Below, in pieces: positions 1-9,460 of a stretch of DNA of 64,000 bases. The notes beneath the pieces are model-generated. The model did not search any database. It worked only from the letters and a program-made list of their open reading frames with translations, and was not told where the DNA came from. Position numbers and translations under genes: made by a program. The DNA is from Candidatus Zixiibacteriota bacterium (GTDB taxonomy: Bacteria > Zixibacteria > MSB-5A5 > UBA10806 > 4484-95): contig JAOZPT010000001.1 in assembly GCA_029932605.1 (NCBI GenBank), positions 1 through 64,000 of the forward strand, written 5' to 3'. Numbering within the stretch: the first letter of the stretch is position 1; every line of letters begins with the position of its first letter.

Positions 1-457
1 AAAAATGCTGTTCTACCAACCAATTTATTTATTCAAATTGGATTGTCAAGGGAAATTGGACAATGCGGCAATGCAATCAAATTCTGTTGAAATTTGGTTT
101 AGGCTTGCAAACAGGGTATCTCCCAAAGTTAACTATCCCTTTGTAGTATTGGTGAGCATGATGTGTCTCCTCCTTTTTTAAGCTTTTTTGGAGACACCTT
201 TTGCCATTATAAACAAAATCTCAACGGAATATTTAACAAGCCTCTCAATTAGTATAGCCTTATATATGAGGAGGCAACATAAATGATGATTATCTAATCG
301 TTTCTTAGCTCATTTCGTTTTATGTTCAATAAACTATTATGTGATATATGGCATAAGACAAAATTAATGACCAACATTTTGACATTGGTATATTCATAAG
401 AATAAATAATGCCTTGTAGATGCCGATAATAATTTAAAATGAGAAAAAGGGTGAAAT

Positions 458-1090
458 ATGCATAAAGCCCCAGCCGGTTTGACATCATCAGTCAAGGTTG
501 ACGATAAAACATTTATCTTGCAAACAGAATTTTTAACCGCTCCAAAAAGCAAAAAAGATGTTGAAGATAAGCTAAGTTCTGGTGGCAAGATAGTTACCTC
601 TGTGGCTGTTGATGGTCAGATTGTTCATAAAGTTGAGAAAGTATTACATGGTTTTGTTGAATCCTCTGAATTGTTCTCAAGTATTGAGACAACAATAAAG
701 AAACAACATATTTCAGTTGCCAGGCTCATAGCCTCAAGGCCCAGGGAGTTCATTAACTCTGTCTCTGAGATAAAGATTTCACCGGCTGACAGGCTTGGGG
801 TTATTCCTGGCGTAGCCGATGTAATCGAAATCGATAAGGAGTTTTCTCAAATCCGCTTGCAACAACATAAGCTCCAACGTCCGGTGATTGAAAATATGGA
901 AAAGATACGAAATCTTTTAGTTGCTATTTCTCAAAACACTCGTCTTGGTAGGCTTAAAAAGATTGTGGGGGCAATCGAAGATAGAAAATTTTTACTTACC
1001 GGATGTGGTGGTAAATTCTATTTGTTGAATTTGAAAGATGATGTTGATATAACTAAGCTCTTAGAAGATCTTGAGATGGCCAAGCTCTAA
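458..1090 (+). CDS. Hypothetical protein with a probable C-terminal Roadblock/LC7-like domain
   Basis: 210-aa ORF with RBS-like AAGGGTG upstream. The stop overlaps the next start (TAATG). The C-terminal half has an alpha-beta-beta-alpha-beta-beta-beta-alpha-like pattern (RLGVIPGVADVIEID...TRLGRLKKIVGAIEDRKFLL). Confidence 0.6.
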   Translation: MHKAPAGLTSSVKVDDKTFILQTEFLTAPKSKKDVEDKLSSGGKIVTSVAVDGQIVHKVEKVLHGFVESSELFSSIETTIKKQHISVARLIASRPREFINSVSEIKISPADRLGVIPGVADVIEIDKEFSQIRLQQHKLQRPVIENMEKIRNLLVAISQNTRLGRLKKIVGAIEDRKFLLTGCGGKFYLLNLKDDVDITKLLEDLEMAKL

Positions 1091-1827
1091 TGGATAAGAT
1101 TCTTGAGAACATAAGGATGGTTAATGGTGTAATAGGCACCATTGTGGTTGATAAAACGCGGGCACTGACTTTTCAACTTATGCCAACATCATATACCACT
1201 GAAAATGTGAAAAATATAGCTTTATCTCTTTTGAACCTTGGTCGGTCGATTAGTAAGAACATGTCGCTCGACCTTTTTTTCGAGAAGGGTTTGGCTCGTC
1301 TTTATAATAATAAAGAGCAGATTGTAATAATCCTGGGTCGCCCGGAGTTGAATTTTAATTCCCTGGGAGTTGTCTGCCGTGAGGCGATACCGGCTATAAG
1401 CCGCAAGCTGTCGCGTGGCCAACTTGGCCTTTCTTCAAAAGCCAGAATAGACACAATTGATATTGGCCCTGGATTTCTTATAAAAGCCATAAATATCATA
1501 GCTGCCAAATGCGTCGATAAAATCGGTGCTTACATGGTAACCAAAAACCTACGTAAAAGTAGGGATGAATTGAACAAGAAATATAGCATTCTTAACAGTA
1601 TCACAGTTGATAATAATGGAATCGTATCATTTATTAAGGGAGCGACCCCTCTCACTGACAAAGAGACCTTGACCGCTTTTGCCCACTGGGCTAACCTGTT
1701 TTTATCATATTGTGCTAGGTCAACAGATAAGCTCAAACCCGATGATATAATGGAACTGACTTTTGAGATTAAGGACCGCCTTGATTTATCCGGTTTCTAC
1801 CAGCTTTATGCAGATGTTGGTATATAA
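1090..1827 (+). CDS. Roadblock/LC7 (MglB-like) domain protein with an unknown helical C-terminal domain
   Basis: The N-terminus MDKILENIRMVNGVIGTIVVDK resembles the Roadblock start motif (L..I.GV.G..VVD). Translationally coupled to the upstream ORF. Confidence 0.6.
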   Translation: MDKILENIRMVNGVIGTIVVDKTRALTFQLMPTSYTTENVKNIALSLLNLGRSISKNMSLDLFFEKGLARLYNNKEQIVIILGRPELNFNSLGVVCREAIPAISRKLSRGQLGLSSKARIDTIDIGPGFLIKAINIIAAKCVDKIGAYMVTKNLRKSRDELNKKYSILNSITVDNNGIVSFIKGATPLTDKETLTAFAHWANLFLSYCARSTDKLKPDDIMELTFEIKDRLDLSGFYQLYADVGI

Positions 1828-1897
1828 TTGATTTTTACCTGAGTAAATTATTTATCTAAGTCATCGTGTGGACGGACTGCCTATAACCTCTTTTCTC

Positions 1898-1925
1898 TTG
1901 ACACATATTATATAATGGATATATT
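1898..1925 (+). promoter_or_regulatory. Putative sigma70 promoter for the 2069 gene
   Basis: TTGACA-16 nt-TATATT in an AT-rich intergenic region. Confidence 0.45.
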
Positions 1926-2068
1926 TAAATATTAAATGATATGATGAAGCCTTTAAGGCTTTTAAGAGTAGTTAAGAATTAACCAAGTTGAAGATGACTG
2001 GGGGTTTGCAGGGGTTGAATGCAAGTCCCTTTTAGTTATTATGAACTAAAAATAACGGTGGAGCTAAG

Positions 2069-3856
2069 ATGAATACAATTTGTAAGTTCCTAAAATTTCA
2101 GGAGAAAATGTGGTTTATAACTGCCATTATCATTGTTATAATTATCTCTTTTTTCATTCAAAACTGCACCAAAGAAAAAATTGTTATTTATGGGGTACAA
2201 CCGGGTAAAGTAACACTGGTTTCTCCCCCAAATTCTCTTTCGCCTCTTGATTCCGTCCCCGTTTTCAATTGGAGACCTTTAAGAAACGCAGTAGAATACC
2301 AGATTCAGGTAGCGACCGATATCGTTTTTACGAGCCTTTTTATTGATTCTACAGTCAGCGATACGTTTTATTCGCATGGTGAAATGTTTGATAATAACAC
2401 TTATTACTGGCGGGTAAGGGCAAAGAATAGTGATAACTTCTGGGGCGACTGGTCCGAGGCAACGATCTGGCATTTTCGAATGGGTGAATTCCCGGACGAT
2501 TATGTGACATTAATTTCTCCTCCGGATGGTCTGGATTCAACTTACGTAGAAATGCCGGTTTTATACTGGCAGAGCCTTACTAATGCAATTGAATATCAGG
2601 TTAACGTAGCAAATGATGTGACATTTTACGATATGGTTATTAACACTGTCGTTAGTGATACATTTTATTACCATAGTCCTGGACTTGATAATGGTTCTTA
2701 TTACTGGCGGGTTAGAGCTAAAGATAATAACGATATCTGGGGAAGCTGGTCAGAGGCAATGGTCTGGTTATTTCATGTAAATAACAAGACGGAATTTATA
2801 GAGCTTGTGACACAGATACAAACTCCCGGAACAGCCCAGGATATACTTGTCCAGAATGGCGTTGCCTATGTTGCTGATGGCCAATCTGATCTTACCCTAA
2901 TCGATGTTGCGGATCCAACCAATCCTGCGATAATTGGCAATATCGATCTTTATGGTGATGATTTCGCCAAGGCGGTATGGAAAGTACCGGATGATGATTA
3001 TGCTTATGTTGCGGATATGGATGGTAAAGTTCAGGTTCTTGATGTGGTGAATTTAGAGTCACCTTTTAATTACAACTACGGTTTGGACCAGAACCTTGAA
3101 GAGCTCACTGGCTTGTATATCGATGATGTTGTGGATACGGTTTACATTTTTACAGTTTCGTCTCTCAGCAGAAGAAGAATGCAGTTCTATCAGTTCGTTT
3201 ATGATGAGGTAATACCCCGTCCCGGCGATATGTATGCTCCGAATGCAATTGAATTTCCAGCGGATGGAAATGGTGTGTATTTCGATAGTATGTCGGTGTT
3301 TGTTGAATATTATGGTGACTCCACTTACTATGAACAGATCATGGGTAAATTCATATTTGCTGCTGTCGGAGAAGCAGGTCTATGGATAATCAATATTTCC
3401 GACAACCACACTTTCGATAACCCCGATACAACCGTTAAGCTTATTGATGAGCCACGCCTTGTTGGTTTCCAGGATACACCATCGATATCATTGTCAGTCC
3501 AGGTTAAGGAGGGTTTTGCCTATGTGGCTGATGACCGTGGTGGGCTTCAGATATTTAACCTTCCTGATACTATCCTCGCCTTTGACCATAAGGACCCTCA
3601 CTTAATAGATCCGGTTCTTATAGCTAACCTCAATACCTCCGGCAGGACCAAGGATGTTCATCTTGTGGGCAATTATTGCTACCTTGCCGATGGTTCAAAG
3701 GGCTTGAAGATTGTAGACATAAGCGACCCTTATAACCCTGTTTTTATAGCAGCTTATGATACTCCTTATGCCTACGGACTTTGGGCTGACGAGGATTATG
3801 TTTATGTTGCCGATAGGGATAACGGGATAATGATATTCGAAAATCGTGTCATTTAG
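2069..3856 (+). CDS. Secreted protein/lipoprotein with two FN3/Ig-like repeats and an LVIVD-repeat beta-propeller
   Basis: Hydrophobic N-terminus ending IQNC. Two near-duplicate domains (VTLVSPP...YYWRVRAK...WGxWSEA) and repeated AYVAD...L.I.DV.DP.NP motifs. Confidence 0.8.
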   Translation: MNTICKFLKFQEKMWFITAIIIVIIISFFIQNCTKEKIVIYGVQPGKVTLVSPPNSLSPLDSVPVFNWRPLRNAVEYQIQVATDIVFTSLFIDSTVSDTFYSHGEMFDNNTYYWRVRAKNSDNFWGDWSEATIWHFRMGEFPDDYVTLISPPDGLDSTYVEMPVLYWQSLTNAIEYQVNVANDVTFYDMVINTVVSDTFYYHSPGLDNGSYYWRVRAKDNNDIWGSWSEAMVWLFHVNNKTEFIELVTQIQTPGTAQDILVQNGVAYVADGQSDLTLIDVADPTNPAIIGNIDLYGDDFAKAVWKVPDDDYAYVADMDGKVQVLDVVNLESPFNYNYGLDQNLEELTGLYIDDVVDTVYIFTVSSLSRRRMQFYQFVYDEVIPRPGDMYAPNAIEFPADGNGVYFDSMSVFVEYYGDSTYYEQIMGKFIFAAVGEAGLWIINISDNHTFDNPDTTVKLIDEPRLVGFQDTPSISLSVQVKEGFAYVADDRGGLQIFNLPDTILAFDHKDPHLIDPVLIANLNTSGRTKDVHLVGNYCYLADGSKGLKIVDISDPYNPVFIAAYDTPYAYGLWADEDYVYVADRDNGIMIFENRVI

Positions 3857-4172
3857 GCTGGTATTGGCAAACTTCTTAGTAAAGGCAACATTTGGATATA
3901 TCCATATAATCATCATAATCTTATAGATACATACCACGTATAATCATACAGGAAACTATATGTTAGACGGTTAATTTGTATTTTTATAAGCCCTTACGAG
4001 GTTTTTAAGATGCTATTTTTGGTAAATATGTTGAGAATTTTGTTGGCTGATTGTATTATTTTACATAAATTGCTTGAGTGTTCGTATGTTTAATTGTGTT
4101 AATGCAGTTTCCGGTTAAAAAAGACGAATTTGAAAATTTTAATTTAACGAAAATGTAAACCAGGAGGTTTTA

Positions 4173-4511
4173 ATGAAACTATCCAGCCGGGAGGAAAATG
4201 GTATTACTATTCTGGAGCCAAAGGGAAAGATGATGGGGGGACCGGATACCGATATTTTCCATGATAAATTGCACGAACTGGTTAGCCATAATAAGAAGAA
4301 AGTGATTATAGATCTTTCCAACGTAGAGTGGATGAACTCAAGAGGTCTTGGTATTTTGATTTCTGGGCTTACGACAATGCGCAATAACGGCGGAGAGCTT
4401 AAATTAGCTTGTGTTACAAACAAGATAGAGTCCCTTCTGACAATTACAAGACTCATTACGGCTTTCGAGAATTATGATTCTGTTGATGAGGCGGTGAAGA
4501 GTTTTTCATAG
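4173..4511 (+). CDS. STAS-domain anti-sigma-factor antagonist
   Basis: Motif IIDLSNVEWMNSRGLGIL (SpoIIAA/RsbV-type phospho-Ser motif); RBS AGGAGG. Confidence 0.92.
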   Translation: MKLSSREENGITILEPKGKMMGGPDTDIFHDKLHELVSHNKKKVIIDLSNVEWMNSRGLGILISGLTTMRNNGGELKLACVTNKIESLLTITRLITAFENYDSVDEAVKSFS

Positions 4512-4668
4512 CCTGTATCAGATGAATAAGAAACCAAATATATGTAAAATTTTTACAGAGTCTCAATATCTTTGCTATTTTTTATGGAGTTACATCGATC
4601 GAATCTGAACTGTTAAGGCTTAAGAACGGTTCCTGATTCAAAACATGTACTAAAGGGGATAAACCACT

Positions 4669-5319
4669 TTAACCGCGAATTCCTTCAATATCCTCATCTT
4701 TACCCAAGACCACCAGGATGTCGGAGTCTTTTATCTGGTAACCGGCGCTTGGTATGAATTGAAGTTTTCTAGTCAGCACATCCCTAATGGCAATAACTTC
4801 GATATGGTGTTTTGACCTTAATTCCAAGTCTATTAGTGACTTGCCAGCGAATTTTGGTGGCGGAACCAGCTCGGCAATTGAATATTCCTCGGATAAAGGC
4901 AAAAAGTCTAACACATTTGGGAAAGCAAGTGAATGAGCAAGTTTTAAGGCCATTTCTTCTTCTGGTATTAACGCCTCGGTAGCTCCTACTTTTAGAAGTA
5001 TCTTGACGTGGTCAGTCGAATTAGCCTTTACAACGATTTTCTTTGCTCCTAACTCTTTGAGATATAGGGAAATTAAAATTGAGGCATGAGAATCTTCACC
5101 CGTGGAGACGACGAAACAATCAAAGTTTTTAACCTCGAGGTTTTCTAGAAATTTTCGGTCAGTGGCATCAGCAATGATAGCCTGGTGGGTATGTTCCTGA
5201 AGGTCTTGCACTCGAGCTTTATTGACATCAATAGCCGTTATATTGCATCCCAACTGATAAAGTTGTTTTGCTACGGTAGCTCCAAAGTTGCCAAGGCCGA
5301 TTACGACAAACTCTTTCAT
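4669..5319 (-). CDS. ktrA: Ktr/Trk K+ uptake regulatory subunit (RCK_N + RCK_C)
   Basis: Motif FVVIGLGNFG plus a TrkA-C domain; adjacent to ktrB. Confidence 0.92.
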   Translation of the reverse strand: MKEFVVIGLGNFGATVAKQLYQLGCNITAIDVNKARVQDLQEHTHQAIIADATDRKFLENLEVKNFDCFVVSTGEDSHASILISLYLKELGAKKIVVKANSTDHVKILLKVGATEALIPEEEMALKLAHSLAFPNVLDFLPLSEEYSIAELVPPPKFAGKSLIDLELRSKHHIEVIAIRDVLTRKLQFIPSAGYQIKDSDILVVLGKDEDIEGIRG

Positions 5320-5329
5320 AATCCTCCTC

Positions 5330-6676
5330 TTAACCTATCATCACCGACTCTTCGGAATACACTATTTCGCCCTTTTTAGGGGGTTTGGCAAGGGCAAATG
5401 CCAAAGTGAGGAGACCTACTCTGCCGGTGAACATACAAATGATTATAATTATCTTACCGATTGCATGGAGCTTGGATGTAACCTCCAAAGATAACCCCAC
5501 TGTTCCAAAAGCTGAAAATATCTCAAATAGATTCTCCACAAACCATCCCTTGCTCTGATAATGTGCCAGAGGTTGTTCCTCAAAAAACATCAAAGCTGTG
5601 CTGGCAATAGCGATTACAAGAATTGCCAAAATAAAAACGGTCAAAGCCCTGATGATTGAGTCTGTGGTTATTGAGCGTTTAAAAACGGTAATCGAGCTTT
5701 TACCCATAAATCTGCTGAAGGCCAAAAATAGGATGACTGCAATGCTAGTCGTTTTTATGCCACCGCCGGTGGACCCGGGACAGGCTCCGATGAACATTAA
5801 TACAATTGAAATAAGTAAGCTCGCCTCGGTCAAATTGTTCTGGCAGGTCGTGTAAAAACCCGCTGTGCGACAGGTTACTGATTGGAAGAATGCATTTGCC
5901 AGAGCATGCGTAAAACGCATTTCTGAGAAAGATGATTTTTGTTCGGCTATAAAAAATGCGCCGGTGCCCAATACCAACAATACCACCGTAACTGAAACAG
6001 CTAACTTTGTATGAAGGGACAATCTGAATTTTTTATTCTTGATTCCATCACATAACTCTCGAATAACGACAAAGCCCAAACCTCCAGCGATTATCAGAAA
6101 TGAAAAGATTGATATCATAGATAAATCATTGTTGAAGTTTTCAAGGCTTGTCGAGAAAGTTGAAAAACCGGCGTTGCAGAAAGCTGAAACTGAATGAAAT
6201 ATGGCCACAAATAAGGCTTTCCCCGGGGTAAAATCATTTCTGAATTTAAAAAAAAGCAGGATAGTTCCAATTACTTCAATGATGAAGGTGATTAATATTA
6301 TCGCCTTCAAAAGCGATCGGATATTAATCTGGATTCCACCTCCAAGGCTCTGGTTAAATCCTAATCTTTCCCTGAATGATAACTGTGCGCCCAGAGACAC
6401 GAATAGGGCTGTAGTAAATGTCATGATACCAAGACCTCCAAGTTGAATAAGCACCAGTATTATCAATTGACCAAAAAGCGTAAAATCTTGGCCAGTGTCC
6501 ATTACGGTTAAACCTGTCACGCAAACTGCTGATGTTGCGGTGAATAGAGCATCTATAAGTTTAATAGAACGATTACTGGTACTGGCGGGTATAAGTAAAA
6601 GCATAGTGCCGATGATGATGGTGAAAGCAAAATATAATATTAACCTTCGTCCGGGATGCCTTCCAAACAATTGCAT
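5330..6676 (-). CDS. ktrB: Ktr/TrkH K+ uptake membrane subunit
   Basis: Pore motifs SAVCVTGL, SAFCNAGF, CRTAGF, GSTGGGIK and SAFGTVGLS. Confidence 0.95.
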   Translation of the reverse strand: MQLFGRHPGRRLILYFAFTIIIGTMLLLIPASTSNRSIKLIDALFTATSAVCVTGLTVMDTGQDFTLFGQLIILVLIQLGGLGIMTFTTALFVSLGAQLSFRERLGFNQSLGGGIQINIRSLLKAIILITFIIEVIGTILLFFKFRNDFTPGKALFVAIFHSVSAFCNAGFSTFSTSLENFNNDLSMISIFSFLIIAGGLGFVVIRELCDGIKNKKFRLSLHTKLAVSVTVVLLVLGTGAFFIAEQKSSFSEMRFTHALANAFFQSVTCRTAGFYTTCQNNLTEASLLISIVLMFIGACPGSTGGGIKTTSIAVILFLAFSRFMGKSSITVFKRSITTDSIIRALTVFILAILVIAIASTALMFFEEQPLAHYQSKGWFVENLFEIFSAFGTVGLSLEVTSKLHAIGKIIIIICMFTGRVGLLTLAFALAKPPKKGEIVYSEESVMIG

Positions 6677-6823
6677 AATAAAATAATATCATTAAAATAA
6701 TAAATAATCAATAATACAATTGACCCGTTTTCATGAAAGAGATTTAACTTGTCATCAGTGAGTAATCTGAAAATTAACCATTACTACTTAACAATTGACA
6801 TAAATTAAGAATTTTATCAGATA

Positions 6824-7816
6824 TTATAGTTGAAGATAGGGCACTGCATTTAAGTCAAGTGCTGAGGTCTTGCCTTTTTCGAGGTGGTAGGCTCCAGCGG
6901 CGGCAATCATGGCGGCATTATCGGTGCAAAGATTCGGATCCGGGGAAAATACCTTTATACCGTTTGCCTTGCTTCTTATAATCTCTCGTAGGCGTTTGTT
7001 CACGGCTACTCCACCCGATATCGTAAGTTTATTGATTTTTAGGACTTGGCAAGCAGTTAAGGCTTTTTGAGCCAAAACCTCACAAACAGCCTCCTGGAAA
7101 GAGGCACATATATCGGTCAAATGGCTTTTGATGAAATCATCGCTTTTATCCCTTAGATAAACCGCTACCGCAGTTTTCAGACCCGAAAAGGAGAATTCAT
7201 ATGAATCTTTGCCCATGTAAGCTCGCGGGAACCTTATAAATTTGGTATCGCCATCGCAGGCTGTTTTCTCAATCGCTGGACCACCAGGATAGGGAAGACC
7301 AAGGAGTTTGGCTACTTTATCGAATGCCTCACCCGGAGCGTCGTCACGGGTTTTGCCTAGAAGGTTATATTTTCCCCAATCAAGTACATTATATAAACTT
7401 GCATGTCCACCGGAAACGATCAATGCTATAAAAGGGGGTTGGCATTCTGGATACTGAATAAAATTTGAAAAAATATGCCCTTCAAGATGGTTTACTCCGA
7501 TAAAAGGTTTACCGAGTGCCTGAGCCATGGATTTGACAAAAGTTAACCCAACCAGAAGTGCCCCAACGAGTCCGGGACCATAGGTTACAGCAAAACCGTC
7601 TATATCAGCAAGAATGTGACCGCTCTGTGAGAGCGCTGTATCAACAATACCAATTAATCGTTTGATATGTTCTCGCGAGGCAAGTTCGGGGACAACACCG
7701 CCATATTTTTCGTGTATCAGTTGTGAATAAATAACATTGGATAATAATTTTCGGGGCGATCTTAAGACTGAAGCGGCGGTCTCGTCGCATGATGTCTCAA
7801 CGCCCAGTACAAGCAT
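6824..7816 (-). CDS. tsaD: tRNA N6-threonylcarbamoyladenosine synthase TsaD
   Basis: Motifs GVETSCDET, HLEGH, VSGGH, DDAPGEAFDK and CTDNAAMIA. Confidence 0.97.
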   Translation of the reverse strand: MLVLGVETSCDETAASVLRSPRKLLSNVIYSQLIHEKYGGVVPELASREHIKRLIGIVDTALSQSGHILADIDGFAVTYGPGLVGALLVGLTFVKSMAQALGKPFIGVNHLEGHIFSNFIQYPECQPPFIALIVSGGHASLYNVLDWGKYNLLGKTRDDAPGEAFDKVAKLLGLPYPGGPAIEKTACDGDTKFIRFPRAYMGKDSYEFSFSGLKTAVAVYLRDKSDDFIKSHLTDICASFQEAVCEVLAQKALTACQVLKINKLTISGGVAVNKRLREIIRSKANGIKVFSPDPNLCTDNAAMIAAAGAYHLEKGKTSALDLNAVPYLQL

Positions 7817-8212
7817 TTATGATTGACGTCTGATTAATTCAAAATTACATTTTTTAAGACCGACAAAGCCAGTCTTGACACCGTCTGTTCCGGGGGGGAT
7901 CGTTAGTTGGTCACATGATAGTTCCAACGAAAATTTACCCGGCTCATCGTAATTAGAAAGGTCGATAACAACATTTATGCAGTCGAAATATAGAAGCTTA
8001 AAAAGCGTCTTACCTTTGGCAGTGATTTCAATTATGGTTGATTTCTGGCTATTGGGTGACAACATCAAACCCTCAGATATATTTATGTAATCAATATCAA
8101 CCGTTATTTGCCTATTAAACTGCTGTTCGGTTGTCAGATGAAACCACAACGCCAAAGCCAGAAGTAATCCTCCAAATTTCCAGCCTAGGTTCTTGAATAA
8201 TTTTCTTTTCAC
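7817..8212 (-). CDS. YbbR/CdaR-like membrane-anchored protein
   Basis: N-terminal KNLGWK..LLLALALWF anchor followed by one beta-rich YbbR-like domain; GTG start; abuts tsaD. Confidence 0.7.
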   Translation of the reverse strand: MKRKLFKNLGWKFGGLLLALALWFHLTTEQQFNRQITVDIDYINISEGLMLSPNSQKSTIIEITAKGKTLFKLLYFDCINVVIDLSNYDEPGKFSLELSCDQLTIPPGTDGVKTGFVGLKKCNFELIRRQS

Positions 8213-8228
8213 AGTGATTTAATTTCGG

Positions 8229-8417
8229 TTACTTTTCGGTGAATTTTAAAATCCGGCCAAAGGAAACCTCTCCATTATCGATTCTTATCGAAAAACCACA
8301 CTCAAAGTTGGTGCATACCCAGGCCTTATACCTGATCTCAGACCCATCCCGACCATAATCGGACAACGGAACTAACACCCCTTTATTGCACTTCAGGCAT
8401 TCCGGAAAATTATCCAA
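8229..8417 (-). CDS. Small zinc-ribbon-like hypothetical protein (62 aa)
   Basis: CxxC...CxxxxC motif; GGAGG RBS before a TTG start; in line with the ybbR-like gene and tsaD. Confidence 0.75.
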   Translation of the reverse strand: MDNFPECLKCNKGVLVPLSDYGRDGSEIRYKAWVCTNFECGFSIRIDNGEVSFGRILKFTEK

Positions 8418-8450
8418 CTTTGCCTCCAGTTAATAAGGTTAACGTTTGAA

Positions 8451-8479
8451 TAAATACTATAGCATTTAAGCCATGTCAA
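8451..8479 (-). promoter_or_regulatory. Putative sigma70 promoter for the Zn-ribbon / ybbR-like / tsaD unit
   Basis: Minus strand TTGACA-17 nt-TATTTA. Confidence 0.45.
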
Positions 8480-8507
8480 GACTTTTTAAACCAGCTCGTA
8501 AGAGTTA

Positions 8508-9101
8508 TTAAACCTGTTGTATACCCTCAAGTAAATCATGGTTAATCAGAATATACTTATCAGCAGCCTGCCTTAGCAAGAACGAACCTCCAAGGTTAGC
8601 AACCTCGACATGTTTTCCAAGCTCTTTGACCTTCTCTACTAATATAGTGAAATCCTCATCCCCGGAGACCAGTATAGCGGTATCATAGGTGTTCTTGTAT
8701 GCGAAGGTCAACATATCGATGACGATGTGGGTATCCACCCCTTTTTCAACATAGGTTGGTGCTGAAATAAATGTGCCATCGGGAAGCGTTTGCCGGACAA
8801 TTCTTTTCTCGAGGCGACCAAATTTCTTTGTAAGATATGGCACCGAATCTAATGAATCAAAAAATGATTGTTGTTGGCGGTGCTTTTCTTCATCATCCTC
8901 TTTGTTGAGGGGGGCATTGTAATAATATGTTCGTATAAGATGCCGACCATTAGCAAGTTTTCTGGAAAATTTCTCAAAATCAAGATTTGTGTTTCCGATA
9001 ACATGTTTTAAACTATGGTATAAGTTGTTGCCATCAATAAAAATCATTACTCTCTCATTCGAACCTGATTTTGATTGGTCATCAAACATATATTGGTTCA
9101 T
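8508..9101 (-). CDS. NYN domain (LabA/DUF88, PIN-like) protein
   Basis: Acidic motifs IFIDGNNL, EKGVD and LVSGDEDF; RBS AAGGAG. Confidence 0.93.
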   Translation of the reverse strand: MNQYMFDDQSKSGSNERVMIFIDGNNLYHSLKHVIGNTNLDFEKFSRKLANGRHLIRTYYYNAPLNKEDDEEKHRQQQSFFDSLDSVPYLTKKFGRLEKRIVRQTLPDGTFISAPTYVEKGVDTHIVIDMLTFAYKNTYDTAILVSGDEDFTILVEKVKELGKHVEVANLGGSFLLRQAADKYILINHDLLEGIQQV

Positions 9102-9250
9102 TAAAAATGACTCCTTATAAAAAAGTTTACATATTTCTATAAAATCGCCACTTATTTAATTACATCAATTGCAATTTATTGTTGTATGATGGTTACTACT
9201 TTAACCGATATAGTTATAAGTTTTTTTCACCACCTCCTTTTTATCTATTA

Positions 9251-9364
9251 TTAAACCATATCCTGGACAGAAAGTTCTAAAAAACTTTCTATGATTTTTT
9301 TGTTCTCCGGATGTGAAAGATAGTTCAGGATTTTAAGATTGTTGTTAGCCATCAGATACTCCAT
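9251..9364 (-). CDS. Unannotated small ORF, 37 aa (MEYLMANNNLKILNYLSHPENKKIIESFLELSVQDMV)
   Basis: Open frame read by hand. AAGGGTGA precedes Met1 and GGAG precedes Met5. A sigma70-like promoter lies about 70 nt upstream. Confidence 0.5.
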   Translation of the reverse strand: MEYLMANNNLKILNYLSHPENKKIIESFLELSVQDMV

Positions 9365-9431
9365 TCAATCACCCTTTAACAATCCCTTATCCTGCACTTG
9401 ATTATTAAAGCTAAAACCGGTCGTATTATTT

Positions 9432-9460
9432 ATAATATATACTCCCACACGGTTAATCAA
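9432..9460 (-). promoter_or_regulatory. Putative sigma70 promoter for the 37-aa ORF / NYN gene
   Basis: Minus strand TTGATT-17 nt-TATTAT. Confidence 0.5.

Noticed and set aside
6677..6823. c-di-AMP (ydaO) riboswitch upstream of ktrB
   Set aside because: The region is short and AT-rich and lacks the conserved GCTGAATCC / GGAGGAACC-type motifs.
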